Assembly: GCA_045863395.1 (NCBI GenBank)
Contig: BTVJ01000015.1
Coordinates: forward strand, 32,001-96,000
Source of the DNA: Myxococcales bacterium
Lineage (GTDB): Bacteria; Myxococcota_A; UBA9042; JABWCM01; BTVJ01
Reading direction: 5' to 3'
DNA: 64,000 nt
Shown here: one piece after another, positions 1-9,375 of the stretch
How the letters are laid out: each line of letters starts with the position of its first letter
Position numbering within the stretch: position 1 is the first letter of the stretch
Position numbers and translations under genes: made by a program
Notes under the pieces: generated by a model
Database searches by the model: none
What the model saw: the letters and a program-made list of their open reading frames with translations, nothing else
Told to the model about the DNA's origin: nothing

Positions 1-1272
1 GAGCGCTCGACCTACTGGCAGGCGCGCGCCTTCGTGAAGGCGGGCAAGCCGAAGCAGGCGATCCCCCTGTTCACGTCCATCGTCGAGCGCGACCCGCTGA
101 CCTACTACTCGCTGCAGGCGAACAACCGCCTCTACGAGCTGGGGGTGGTGCGCGAGGAGTGGAAGGCGCTGCCACCCGAGCAGCTCCCGGATCTCGAGGC
201 GACGGGCGCACGGATCCACTGGCCCGCGGCGCCCGTGGAGCTGACGGCGCGGGCCGGCGTGCCTGCGCGGCGCACCCCGCTCGACACGGCACCAGATGAC
301 CTGCTGGACCGCCTGGCCGCCGACTTCGGGGGGACGCTGCCCGAGCTGCGAAAGGCAGCAGAGCTCGCGCGGGTGGGCCAGCTCGAGGCGGCGCGCGTCG
401 AGCTGCGCTATGCGATGGCGACGCTGCGCGACCTCAAGGCAGGGGTGCCTGCGCGGTCGTTGGCGGGCGCCGAGCCGAATCTGCTGCACGACAACCGGAG
501 GGTGGGTGAGAAGGAGGGCCTCTGGGGCATGCGCCTCGGCCACCGCCAGGCGCTGTCCAAGGGCGACGAGGCACGCATCGTCGCGCGACTGGAGCAGGCC
601 CGAAAGCTTCCAGGCAGTCTCCGCGCAGACATCTCCCTCGCAGCGAGCCGCCTTGGCGACTGGTATCAACTGAGGGCGCACGCGTCGCGCTCGGGCCCCC
701 TGGGCGCCTGGCCCACCGCCGAGCGCCTGGAGCGCTGGCGGGGCGTCTACCCCCGCGCGTACCCGGAGACCATGGGCTTCTTCACGGATCTCTACGGCAT
801 GCGGCCGGAGCTGATGTGGGCCGTCATGCGGGTCGAGAGCGCGTTCAACCCGTGGGCGATCTCCATCGCCGGGGCGCGGGGGCTCCTGCAGGTGATGCCG
901 CGGACGGGGCGCCTCATCGCAGCGAGGACCGGGTACGGCGAGTTCTCCCAGGAGATGCTGCTCGAGCCCGAGATGAGCATCTACTTCGGCACCTGGTACA
1001 TGGGCCAGCTCATCGAGAAGTTCAAGGGGCAGGAGCCGCTGGCCATCACGAGCTACAACACGGGGCCCCACCGCATCGCCTCGTGGCTGGAGCGCAAGGC
1101 GCACATCGCCTACGACGAGTTCCAGGAGGAGACGCCCTACCGGGAGGGCCGCGAGTACACCAAGAAGGTGCTCAAGTACATGCTCCTCTACCGGTGGCTC
1201 TACGAGGGGGTCCAGGTCCTCTACGTGCCCAACCGCCTCGACGGCGAGTTCGCGGACAACATCAACTTCTGA
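1..1272 (+). CDS. Soluble lytic murein transglycosylase (SLT domain with helical N-terminus), 5' truncated by window edge
   Basis: Frame is open from position 1. SLT motifs: RVESAF (catalytic Glu), GLLQVMP, SYNTG, ETPYREGREY. Confidence 0.9.
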   Translation, partial: ERSTYWQARAFVKAGKPKQAIPLFTSIVERDPLTYYSLQANNRLYELGVVREEWKALPPEQLPDLEATGARIHWPAAPVELTARAGVPARRTPLDTAPDDLLDRLAADFGGTLPELRKAAELARVGQLEAARVELRYAMATLRDLKAGVPARSLAGAEPNLLHDNRRVGEKEGLWGMRLGHRQALSKGDEARIVARLEQARKLPGSLRADISLAASRLGDWYQLRAHASRSGPLGAWPTAERLERWRGVYPRAYPETMGFFTDLYGMRPELMWAVMRVESAFNPWAISIAGARGLLQVMPRTGRLIAARTGYGEFSQEMLLEPEMSIYFGTWYMGQLIEKFKGQEPLAITSYNTGPHRIASWLERKAHIAYDEFQEETPYREGREYTKKVLKYMLLYRWLYEGVQVLYVPNRLDGEFADNINF

Positions 1273-1339
1273 CCGGGCGCGCCGCGTCCTGCGTCCGCGG
1301 CCCCTCGACGCTCGGCGCGATCCCGACTCGCGCCCGCCA

Positions 1340-1358
1340 GAGTGGTTTGAAACCACTC
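1340..1358. promoter_or_regulatory. Perfect palindrome, candidate transcription-factor operator of the xdh operon
   Basis: GAGTGGTTT-G-AAACCACTC: 9-bp arms, 1-bp centre, AT-rich for this genome, just upstream of a TTGACG -35-like hexamer. Confidence 0.5.
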
Positions 1359-1381
1359 CCTGGTTCCGCTCCAGTGCGTCG

Positions 1382-1411
1382 TTGACGCCCCCCGGCGCCC
1401 GGCGGGATGCT
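1382..1411 (+). promoter_or_regulatory. Possible sigma70-type promoter of the xdh operon
   Basis: TTGACG-N18-GATGCT upstream of the AAGGAG RBS and ATG 1449. The -10 match is weak. Confidence 0.3.
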
Positions 1412-1448
1412 GCCCTGGTCTGACGGGCACGCAGCCAAGGAGTCGCGC

Positions 1449-2243
1449 ATGAACAAGTTTCACACCCCTGCAACGGCGCTCGAGGCGGTGCGGCTGCGCA
1501 CCGAGCTGGGCGACGGGGCCGCCTTTCTGGCCGGAGGGACCGAAGTGAACACCCAAGCACAGAGGCCGACGCACCTGATCTCCCTGTCGGGTCTCGGCCT
1601 CGACGGCATCGACGCGGGCACCCGCGACGTGACCATCGGCGCATGCGTGCGCCTTCAGACCCTCGCGGAGTCCACCGAGGTGCCCGAGCCGCTGCGGCGC
1701 GCGGCGGGGCAGCTCGCCAACCGGAACATCCGCAACGCGGCGACCATCGGCGGGCACATCGGCGCGAACAACCCGTGGAGCGATCTGCTGCCCACCCTGC
1801 TGGTGCTGGACGCCCGAGTCGTCATGGTGTCGAGCAGCGGACGCGCCGACCTGGGAATCGAGGACGTGCTCTGTGGGCACCACCCGGGCCTGATCAGCCA
1901 CGTGCGGGTGCCGCGCTCCGTAGAGCGCTTCGCCATGGCGTCCCACCGGCTCGTCGCCAATGACGTCCCCCTGGTCGCCGTCGCCGTCGCGCTCGAGCGC
2001 GGAGGGCAGAGAGACCCGGCGGTCGCCGCCTCCGGAGTCGCAGAGACCGCGATCCGCCTCCCCTGGGTGGAGGACGCGCTGCGCGGGCCCGAGATCGACC
2101 CGGACGCGCTGGAGCTCATGGTCGGCAAGCGCCTGTCACCGCCCGAGGACCTCCGAGGCACCTCGGACTTCAAGCAGCGCATCGCGGGGGTGCTCGTCGC
2201 CCGCTGCGTGCGCGAGCTCCTCGGAGCCGGGGAGGGGCACTAG
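1449..2243 (+). CDS. ygfM: Molybdopterin oxidoreductase FAD-binding subunit (YgfM-like)
   Basis: AAGGAG RBS before ATG 1449. Motifs FLAGGT, IRNAATIGG and PPEDLRGTSDFK closely follow YgfM/XdhB-type FAD subunits. Abuts xdhD. Confidence 0.85.
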   Translation: MNKFHTPATALEAVRLRTELGDGAAFLAGGTEVNTQAQRPTHLISLSGLGLDGIDAGTRDVTIGACVRLQTLAESTEVPEPLRRAAGQLANRNIRNAATIGGHIGANNPWSDLLPTLLVLDARVVMVSSSGRADLGIEDVLCGHHPGLISHVRVPRSVERFAMASHRLVANDVPLVAVAVALERGGQRDPAVAASGVAETAIRLPWVEDALRGPEIDPDALELMVGKRLSPPEDLRGTSDFKQRIAGVLVARCVRELLGAGEGH

Positions 2244-5099
2244 ATGCGCATCGCGTTCACGCTCAACGGCACGCCCCGCGCCGTGGAGGCCGACGGCGCC
2301 ATGTCGCTCAAGGACCTGCTGCGCCGGGAGGGGCTCACGTCCGTGAAGGCCGGCTGTGACGGCGACGGCACCTGCGGGGCGTGCGCCGTGCTGGTCGACG
2401 GCCGCCTCGTCAACTCCTGCCTGCTGGCCGCGGGCCAGCTCGAGGGGCGCGCCGTGCGGACCGTCGAGGCGATGGCCGGGCCCCGGCGCCTGTCCGTGCT
2501 GCAGGGGGCGTTCGTGGACGCGGGCGTCGTCCAGTGCGGCTACTGCACGCCGGCCATGCTGCTGGCGGTGGAGGAGCTGCTGGCGCGAGAGGAGGCGCCG
2601 GACCGGGCCGCCGTGCGGGACGCCCTCTCGGGCACGTTCTGCCGCTGCACGGGCTACGAGCAGGTCTTCGGGGCGGTGGAGCTGGCGCGGGCGCGCCTCC
2701 GGGACCCCCAGGCACGGCCGGACGTCCCCGAGTTCCGCGACTACCGGATGGTCGGCAAGGTGACCCGCAAGGTGGACGGGCCCATGCTGGCGCGGGGGCA
2801 GGCCGCGTTCGTGGAGGACCGGGTTCGACCAGGGCACGCCTGGCTGAAGGTCCTCGGGAGCCCCCACGCCCACGCCTGCATTCGCAGCATCGACACGGCT
2901 CGCGCAGAGGCGCTCCCCGGAGTCATCCACGTCGTGACGCACCTGAACTGCCCGCCGGTGGAGTACAACCAGGCGGGCCAGGGCTTCCCCGAGCCGAGCC
3001 CCTATGATCGGCGCATGTTCGGGAAGAAGGTGCGGCACGTGGGCGACCGGGTGGCCGCCGTCGTGGCGGAGTCCCTGGAGGTCGCCGAGCGGGCGTTGGG
3101 ACTCATCGACGTCGAGTATGAGGTGCTCCCGCCCGTGCTGACCATCGAGCAGGCGAAGCGGGGGCCTGCCGTTCATGCGGGTCGCGTCGAGTATGTGGTC
3201 GGGGCGCCGGCGGATCTGGACAGGCTCAACGAGACCGCCGATCCCCGGGACGGGCGGATCATCTACCAGTTCCCCATCCACGGGGATCCCCGGCGCAACG
3301 TCGCGGCGGCAGTCTCCGGCGGCATCGGGGACGTGGCGGTAGGGTTCGCCGAGGCCGACGTGATCCTGGAGAGGGAGTATGAGACCTCGCAGGTGCAGAG
3401 CACCCCGCTCGAGCCGCACGTGGTCTACACACGCATGGAGGGGGAGCGCCTCGTCATCCACGGCTCGACGCAGGTGCCGTGGCACCTGCGGCGCATCATC
3501 GCGCGGATCCTGGACGTCCCCGAGAACCGCATCCGCGTGATCAAGGAGCGGACGGGCGGGGCCTTCGGCGCCAAGCAGGACATGGTGTTGGAGGAGGTCG
3601 CCGCGTGGTGCACCTGGGTGACGGGCCGTGACATCCTCTTCCGCTACACCCGGGAGGAGGAGTTCATCGCGTCTCGGACGCGCCACCCCATGAAGATCCG
3701 CGTCAAGCTCGGCGCGCGACGGGACGGGAGCCTGACGGCGATTCAGATGGGCGTCGAGGCCAACACCGGCCCGTATGGGGCGCACTGCCTGACCGTCCCC
3801 ATGAACGCCTGCTCCAAGTCGCTGCCGCTCTTCCTGTGCGACCACGTGCGCTTCGACGTCACCACCTGGTACTCCAACATCCCGCCCACCGGAGCCTATC
3901 AGGGGTACGGCGCCCCGCAGGGCTCCTTCGCGATGCAGCTCGCGATGACCGAGCTGGCCGCCGAGCTGGGACTGGACCCATTGGCGCTCATCGAGAAGAA
4001 CCGGGTCCGCGAGGGCTCCATGCTGGAGATCCTGCGCTGCCTCGGCGAGGGGCGTGAGGGGGCTCCCCAGCGGGTCGCCACCTGCGGGCTGGGGCCGGCC
4101 CTCTCGCAGGGGGCAGAGATGATCCGGTGGGGCGAGCGGGAGCCGCCGGCAGGAGACCTGCGCATCGGCAAGGGAGTGGTCGTCGTGCAGCAGGGGTCGG
4201 GACTCCCGGGCCTCGACTCGGCAAACGCCGCCATCAGCATGTTCGGCGACGGCACCTTCATGCTGCTGTCGGGGGGCACGGACCTCGGCACGGGCCTCGA
4301 CACCGTCACTCTGAAGATGGCTGCCGAGACCCTCTGCGTGCCGCTGGATGCCGTCGCGCTGACCGCCGCCGACACGGACGTGACGCCGTTCGACGTGGGC
4401 GCCTACGCCTCGTCGGGGACGTACTTCTCAGGTGGGGCCGCCCTCAACGCGGCCCTGGAGATGAAGCGGATGCTCCTGGCAGTGGGCGCGGAGCTCCTCA
4501 GCGAGCCACTGGACAACGTGGCGCTGGAGTTTCCCGGGCGCGTGCGGGGGCGCAGCGGCGCGGTCACCTACGAGGACATCGCCCGGCACACCCAGTCGGG
4601 GACCGGGCGAGGGCAGCTCACGGCCGTCGGGCACTTCATCACCGACAAGGGGTCGTTCCCCTATGGCGCCCACTTCGCCCAGGTGGCGGTGGACACCCGC
4701 ACCGGGGCCGTCACGGTGCAGAAGTACTACGCGCTCCAGGACGCGGGGACCCCCGTGAACCCGGAGCTGGCGCTGGGGCAGATCTACGGTGGGGTGCTCA
4801 AGACCATCGGGCACGCGCTCACGGAGGAGCTCGTGCTCGACGAGGGCGGTCGCTGCCTGAACCCAGGGTTCCGGGACTACAGGGTGCCGCAGATCGGAGA
4901 CCTGCCGGCGGACTTCAAGGCGGTCCTCATCGACACCCACGACCCCTTCGGCCCCTTCGGGAGCAAGTCAATCTCTGAGATCTCATGCAACGGAGCGGCT
5001 CCTGTGATCGCGGCGGCCATCCACGACGCCGTCGGCGTCTGGGTGCGCTCGTGGCCCTTCACGCCAGAGAAGGTGCTGCGCGCCATGGGCAGACTGTAG
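2244..5099 (+). CDS. xdhD: Fused 2Fe-2S / molybdopterin-binding xanthine dehydrogenase-family subunit (XdhD/YgfN-like)
   Basis: N-terminal CDGDGTCGAC..NSC and QCGYC..CRC. Mo-domain motifs GGAFGAKQ, GAYQGYGAP, GTGLDT, GAYASSGT, GSKSISEI. Long stretches recognisably like E. coli XdhD (PEPSPYDRRMFGKK, STQVPWHLRR). Confidence 0.93.
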   Translation: MRIAFTLNGTPRAVEADGAMSLKDLLRREGLTSVKAGCDGDGTCGACAVLVDGRLVNSCLLAAGQLEGRAVRTVEAMAGPRRLSVLQGAFVDAGVVQCGYCTPAMLLAVEELLAREEAPDRAAVRDALSGTFCRCTGYEQVFGAVELARARLRDPQARPDVPEFRDYRMVGKVTRKVDGPMLARGQAAFVEDRVRPGHAWLKVLGSPHAHACIRSIDTARAEALPGVIHVVTHLNCPPVEYNQAGQGFPEPSPYDRRMFGKKVRHVGDRVAAVVAESLEVAERALGLIDVEYEVLPPVLTIEQAKRGPAVHAGRVEYVVGAPADLDRLNETADPRDGRIIYQFPIHGDPRRNVAAAVSGGIGDVAVGFAEADVILEREYETSQVQSTPLEPHVVYTRMEGERLVIHGSTQVPWHLRRIIARILDVPENRIRVIKERTGGAFGAKQDMVLEEVAAWCTWVTGRDILFRYTREEEFIASRTRHPMKIRVKLGARRDGSLTAIQMGVEANTGPYGAHCLTVPMNACSKSLPLFLCDHVRFDVTTWYSNIPPTGAYQGYGAPQGSFAMQLAMTELAAELGLDPLALIEKNRVREGSMLEILRCLGEGREGAPQRVATCGLGPALSQGAEMIRWGEREPPAGDLRIGKGVVVVQQGSGLPGLDSANAAISMFGDGTFMLLSGGTDLGTGLDTVTLKMAAETLCVPLDAVALTAADTDVTPFDVGAYASSGTYFSGGAALNAALEMKRMLLAVGAELLSEPLDNVALEFPGRVRGRSGAVTYEDIARHTQSGTGRGQLTAVGHFITDKGSFPYGAHFAQVAVDTRTGAVTVQKYYALQDAGTPVNPELALGQIYGGVLKTIGHALTEELVLDEGGRCLNPGFRDYRVPQIGDLPADFKAVLIDTHDPFGPFGSKSISEISCNGAAPVIAAAIHDAVGVWVRSWPFTPEKVLRAMGRL

Positions 5100-5109
5100 G
5101 AGGCGAGAG

Positions 5110-6576
5110 ATGGAGGCGCTGGTCTGCCGCGCGGACTTCCTGCTGCCCGGAGGGGGGGAGAGGATCCGCGACGGCTATGTGCTCTGCGAGGGGGAGCGGA
5201 TCGTCGAGGCGCGACAGTGGACCCCGGAGACGGGAGACAGGCTTCGTGCACGGTTTGGTGAGCAGCTCCAGGTGATCGGGGGGCGGCTGGCGCGCGCCGG
5301 TGAGGAGGTCCCGCGGCTGCGCGGCGTGCTGCTGCCGGCCTTCGTCAAGGCCCACGGTCACGACCACGAGCAGCCGCTCATCGGGATCGCCAAGGACGAG
5401 CCCCTCACCGCGTGGCTCGATCACGCGGTCAACCCCTTCACGGGGTTCATGAACAGAGAGCGGGAGGCGCTGACAGCGGAGCTCGGGTGCTCGCCCCAGC
5501 TCGTCGCCTACCGGATGGCCCGCCTCTGTGACGTCCACTACGGGATCACCGCCTCGCTGGTCCATCACTGCAACTACAACAAGTATCACCTGGAAGACAT
5601 CGCCGCCGCCAACGAGGGGGCGGGCACGACGATGATCTGCGCCGTCGGGTCCCAGGACCGCTTCTACGTGGACGAGATCCTCGACACTCCGGCGGAGGCG
5701 ATTCGGCGCCTGGACGCCGCGTGGGAGCTCGGGAGGGGGCTGCCTCGGACGTCCTTCTGCCCTGGCCCCGACCAGGACTTCTCCAACAGCCGGGCGCTGC
5801 TCGTCCCCCTGAAGCGGTGGGCGCGGGAGCACGGCTCGCTGTTTCACATCCACTCCTCGGAGGAGCCGCGCACCACCGCCTGGTTCCGGGAGACCATCGA
5901 GCCGGGCCTGACCCCGGTGGAGTATCTGCAAGAGATTGACGCGCTCGACGGAGACACCATCGTTGCCCACCAGGTGAACTGCGGGCCCCGCGACGTGGAG
6001 ATCCTGGCGCGGACCAGGGCTCAGGTTGCGCACAACCCGCTGGCCAACACCATCCTGGGCTCGGGGATGCCACCGGTCATGGAGATGCTGAGGGCAGGGG
6101 TGCCGGTCGCCATCTCCACCGACGGGTCCGGCTCGGCGGACAATCAGAACATCCTGGCGGCGGCGCGGCTCGCGGCGCAGTATCAGAAGGCTGCACACCG
6201 CGACGCCACGCTGCTGCCATCGGACCAGCTCCTGGAGATGATCACGTCCGTGCCCGCGCGCATGCTGCGGCTGGAGCAGGGGGCCCTGCGACCGGGACTC
6301 CTGGCCGACTGGATCGTCGTCGGCCTCGACCGTCCCAACCTGACGCCCACGCGGCTCGACAACGTGGTGGAGAACCTGCTCTGGGCGGCCGACGGCTCGG
6401 AGGTGGAGGTGGTGGTCTCCCGCGGGCGCGTGCTGAAGCACGACGGCGCCGTGCTCCCCCTCCACGACGGAACCACTCCGGGGCAACTCATGGACGCCGT
6501 GCAGCACCTCTCGGAGCGCTTCGCGACGTGGCGGCAGACGGCGCCCGCGCTGCGCGGCACGGGGGCCCACCGGTGA
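5110..6576 (+). CDS. Metal-dependent amidohydrolase/deaminase (SsnA/GuaD/MtaD-like family)
   Basis: HGH metal motif, IHSSEE (HxxE), AHNP, STDG, GALRPGLLAD. GGAGG RBS. Purine-catabolism operon context. Confidence 0.85.
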   Translation: MEALVCRADFLLPGGGERIRDGYVLCEGERIVEARQWTPETGDRLRARFGEQLQVIGGRLARAGEEVPRLRGVLLPAFVKAHGHDHEQPLIGIAKDEPLTAWLDHAVNPFTGFMNREREALTAELGCSPQLVAYRMARLCDVHYGITASLVHHCNYNKYHLEDIAAANEGAGTTMICAVGSQDRFYVDEILDTPAEAIRRLDAAWELGRGLPRTSFCPGPDQDFSNSRALLVPLKRWAREHGSLFHIHSSEEPRTTAWFRETIEPGLTPVEYLQEIDALDGDTIVAHQVNCGPRDVEILARTRAQVAHNPLANTILGSGMPPVMEMLRAGVPVAISTDGSGSADNQNILAAARLAAQYQKAAHRDATLLPSDQLLEMITSVPARMLRLEQGALRPGLLADWIVVGLDRPNLTPTRLDNVVENLLWAADGSEVEVVVSRGRVLKHDGAVLPLHDGTTPGQLMDAVQHLSERFATWRQTAPALRGTGAHR

Positions 6577-7121
6577 AGGCGATCCTCCTCGCGGCGGGGT
6601 CCGGGCGGCGCATGGGGTGCGACAAGCTCTGGGTGGACATCGGTGGTGAGCCGCTGATCGTCCGGGCCGTGCGCCCCTATGTCGCCGCGGGCCTTCAGGT
6701 GGTGGTGGTGGTTCGGCCGGGGGTGCGGCTTGCCATGGGAGGAGTTCGGACGGTGGAGTGCGAGGACCACGCAGAGGGCATGGGGGCATCCCTGCGCGCG
6801 GGGGTGGAGGCCGTGACGGAGACCGAGGCGTTCGTCATCGGGCTGGGCGACCTCCCGTGGCTTCGGACGGAGACGGTGGTGGGGGCGGTGGAGGCGTGGC
6901 GTCGGGTGGGTGGAGTCGTGGTCCCCACCTTCGACGGGCGGCATGGGCACCCGGTGGTCGTGGCGGGAACGCTGCGGGGCCGCCTCCTGGCGGCGCGCGG
7001 AGACTCCGGGGGGCGTCACCTGAGGGCGGGGGCCCACCTCTGGCAGACCGATGATCCCGGTGTCGTGACCGACGTGGACACGCCGGAAGACCTGGCGCTC
7101 ATGGGCGGGGCCTCCCCATGA
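6573..7121 (+). CDS. mocA: Molybdenum cofactor cytidylyltransferase (MocA/YgfJ family NTP transferase)
   Basis: GTG start overlaps the upstream TGA (GTGA). Motifs ILLAAGSGRRMG, GMGASL, LGDLP, GHPV, DVDTPEDL. Confidence 0.85.
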   Translation: MKAILLAAGSGRRMGCDKLWVDIGGEPLIVRAVRPYVAAGLQVVVVVRPGVRLAMGGVRTVECEDHAEGMGASLRAGVEAVTETEAFVIGLGDLPWLRTETVVGAVEAWRRVGGVVVPTFDGRHGHPVVVAGTLRGRLLAARGDSGGRHLRAGAHLWQTDDPGVVTDVDTPEDLALMGGASP

Positions 7122-7918
7122 CCTTGCGCGTGCTCATTCGGGGCGCCGGCGAGCACGCCTCCGCCACCGCCCACCGTCTGCACCGTTGCGGGCTGAGCGT
7201 GGCCATGACGGAGGTCGCCGGACCCACGGCCGTCCGCCGCGCCGTGTCGTTCTGCTCGGCGGTCTGGGACGGAGAGATCGTGGTGGAGGGCGTGCGGGGC
7301 AGGAGGTGGGGGCTCGCAGACGTCTCCGCGCTGGACGCCTTCTCCTTCGAACACATCCCGGTGTTCGTGGATCCGACCGCCACGCTACGAAGGCTGTGGC
7401 GGCCCGACGTGGTGGTGGACGGCCGCATCCTCAAGCGCAACGACGGCGGCTCCATCTCGGACGCGCCCCTCGTGGTCGCCCTGGGCCCGGGCATCGTCGC
7501 CGGGCGAGACGCCCACGTCGTGGTGGAGACCCAGCGGGGGCATGACCTGGGGAGGCTCATCACGAGCGGAGAGGCCACGCCGGACACGGGCACGCCGGGA
7601 GTCATCGGCGGGTTCGGGCACGAGCGGGTCCTGCGCGCGCCGGTGGCAGGGGTCGTGCGCGCCCGCATGGACATCGGTGCCCGGGTGGCTGCGGGGGACG
7701 TGGTGGGGGAGGTGGACGGAGTGCGGGTCTGCGCCACCATCCGTGGGGTGCTGCGGGGCTTCGTGCGCGACGGCCTCATGGTCCCCGCGGGGCTCAAGAT
7801 CGGCGACCTGGACCCGCGGGGCGACGTCGCCGCCTGTGTGACCCTCTCGGACAAGGCGCGGACCATCAGCGGGGGTGTGCTCGAGGCGATCCTGGCCCGC
7901 TTCGGGGGCCGGGAATGA
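7118..7918 (+). CDS. yqeB: Selenium-dependent molybdenum hydroxylase system protein YqeB
   Basis: VLIRGAGEHASA, PTAVRRAVSF, VVETQRGHDLGR, GLKIGDLDPR, SDKARTISGGVLEA. ATGA overlap with mocA. Confidence 0.9.
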   Translation: MTLRVLIRGAGEHASATAHRLHRCGLSVAMTEVAGPTAVRRAVSFCSAVWDGEIVVEGVRGRRWGLADVSALDAFSFEHIPVFVDPTATLRRLWRPDVVVDGRILKRNDGGSISDAPLVVALGPGIVAGRDAHVVVETQRGHDLGRLITSGEATPDTGTPGVIGGFGHERVLRAPVAGVVRARMDIGARVAAGDVVGEVDGVRVCATIRGVLRGFVRDGLMVPAGLKIGDLDPRGDVAACVTLSDKARTISGGVLEAILARFGGRE

Positions 7919-8673
7919 CCGGAGCGGGAGACATCCTGGACCTGCTGGGCGCCACCGGCCCTGGCCTCGTGTCGATCATCGGGGGTGGTGGCAAGACCAC
8001 CCTGATGATGGCCATGGCCCGCGCCCATGTCGCTCGGGACCACACCTGCGTCACCACCACCTCCACGCGCATCCGTGAGCCAGCCCCCGGCGACACGGGG
8101 GCGGTGGTGGTCGGGCCGGTGGATGACGTGCTCCCTCGCGCGCTGGCGCTGCTGCGCGCCCGCCAGCACATCACGGTCGCCCGGGAGCGTGAGGTGGCCG
8201 AGGACCGGGTGAAGCTCCGGGGCTTCGCCCTCCCCTGCCTGGACCGCCTGGCTGGGCTGGGTTACGCGACACTCGTGGAGGCAGACGGCTCGGCAGGCCG
8301 CTCACTGAAGGCCCACGACGCGTGGGAGCCCGCAGTGCCCTCAAGGAGCCGCCTCGTCATCTGCGTCGTCGGCGCCGACGGAGTGGGCGCCCCCCTGGAC
8401 GAGGAGCACGTCCACCGCCCCGCGCTCTTTGCGGCTCGGTGCGGCCTCTCCGCCGGAGACGCCACCACACCGGAGGCCATCGCCACCGTGCTCCTCCACC
8501 CGGACGGCCCGCTCCGGGTGGTGTCCCCCAGGGCGCGGGTGGTGGTGGGGATCACCAAGTGGGAGGCACACGCTGCCGGAGCCGCAACCCTCGCGGGGGC
8601 GATCCGGCGCAGGGCGCCGCGCCTCGAGGTGGTGATGCTGCCGAGCCTGCCTCCCCCGGCGCGCGCCCGCTGA
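7915..8673 (+). CDS. yqeC: Selenium cofactor biosynthesis protein YqeC
   Basis: IGGGGKTT, VTTTSTRI and LVEADGSAGRSLKAH..WEP signatures. ATGA overlap with yqeB. Confidence 0.88.
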   Translation: MTGAGDILDLLGATGPGLVSIIGGGGKTTLMMAMARAHVARDHTCVTTTSTRIREPAPGDTGAVVVGPVDDVLPRALALLRARQHITVAREREVAEDRVKLRGFALPCLDRLAGLGYATLVEADGSAGRSLKAHDAWEPAVPSRSRLVICVVGADGVGAPLDEEHVHRPALFAARCGLSAGDATTPEAIATVLLHPDGPLRVVSPRARVVVGITKWEAHAAGAATLAGAIRRRAPRLEVVMLPSLPPPARAR

Positions 8674-8697
8674 CGCCGCCCCCCTGGCAGACGCGGC

Positions 8698-9375
8698 TCA
8701 CAGCGACCGGCCGCCCGTGCCGGGTCCCGTGGACGAGGGCGGAGGTCGCAGGGCGGCGAGGTCCTCTACGAACGTCCGGGCAGGGGTCCCCGCCGGCCCG
8801 CGCAGGCGGGGCGGCGTGTCACGGATCGGGGCGCCGGGTGTCGCGACGCGCAGGACGATGGGCCAGCGGATCGTGCCCCCAGCCGCGCTCGATCTGAACC
8901 GCGTCGCCGCGGCGACGCGCACGATGGCGTTGGTCAGTCCATGGAGCCGGACGGCGTCGTGCTCGACGAGCACCGACTCCACGGCGCCGTCTGGAGCGAC
9001 CTCCAGGCGGAGCACCAGGCGCCCCTCCCTGCTCGGGACCCGCTGGACCCACGGCTGCCAGGCCGCCCGGATCGCGGCGTGGCGACCCGCCAGCGTGCGC
9101 GCGGCCGAGGCGTCGTCGAGCGGAGCCGGGAGGGGCTTGGGGGCCGGAGGCGGGATGCAGGCCACCGTCACGAGGAGCGACCCGTCGGGAAGCCGCACAC
9201 GCGTGACACGGTGCCTCCACCCCTCGAAGGCCCCCGCCGGGAGCCCATGCTGCTTGAACACCTCCGGTGGGAAGTGAACCCACTCGGGGGCGTGCTCCGC
9301 AGGTCCGCGCCCGTCCGCGCCTCCGGACCACCCGACGAGAGCCCGAGCCACTACAACGAATCCTGCCCACTTCAT
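8698..9375 (-). CDS. Exported protein with AgmX/PglI-type (TonB C-terminal-like) domain
   Basis: GGAG RBS then MKWAGFVVV signal-like N-terminus. C-terminal IRAAW..PSREGRLVLRLEVAPDGAVESV..F..IRWPIV pattern. Confidence 0.55.
   Translation of the reverse strand: MKWAGFVVVARALVGWSGGADGRGPAEHAPEWVHFPPEVFKQHGLPAGAFEGWRHRVTRVRLPDGSLLVTVACIPPPAPKPLPAPLDDASAARTLAGRHAAIRAAWQPWVQRVPSREGRLVLRLEVAPDGAVESVLVEHDAVRLHGLTNAIVRVAAATRFRSSAAGGTIRWPIVLRVATPGAPIRDTPPRLRGPAGTPARTFVEDLAALRPPPSSTGPGTGGRSL

Noticed and set aside
1340..1358. GTTTGAAAC resembling a CRISPR repeat end
   Set aside because: Single copy and part of a palindrome; no array.
1449..8673. In-frame UGA selenocysteine codons in the selenium-related operon
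   Set aside because: All six frames are full length without internal TGA, and the terminal TGAs fall at expected protein ends. The YqeB/YqeC trait uses a non-Sec selenium cofactor.
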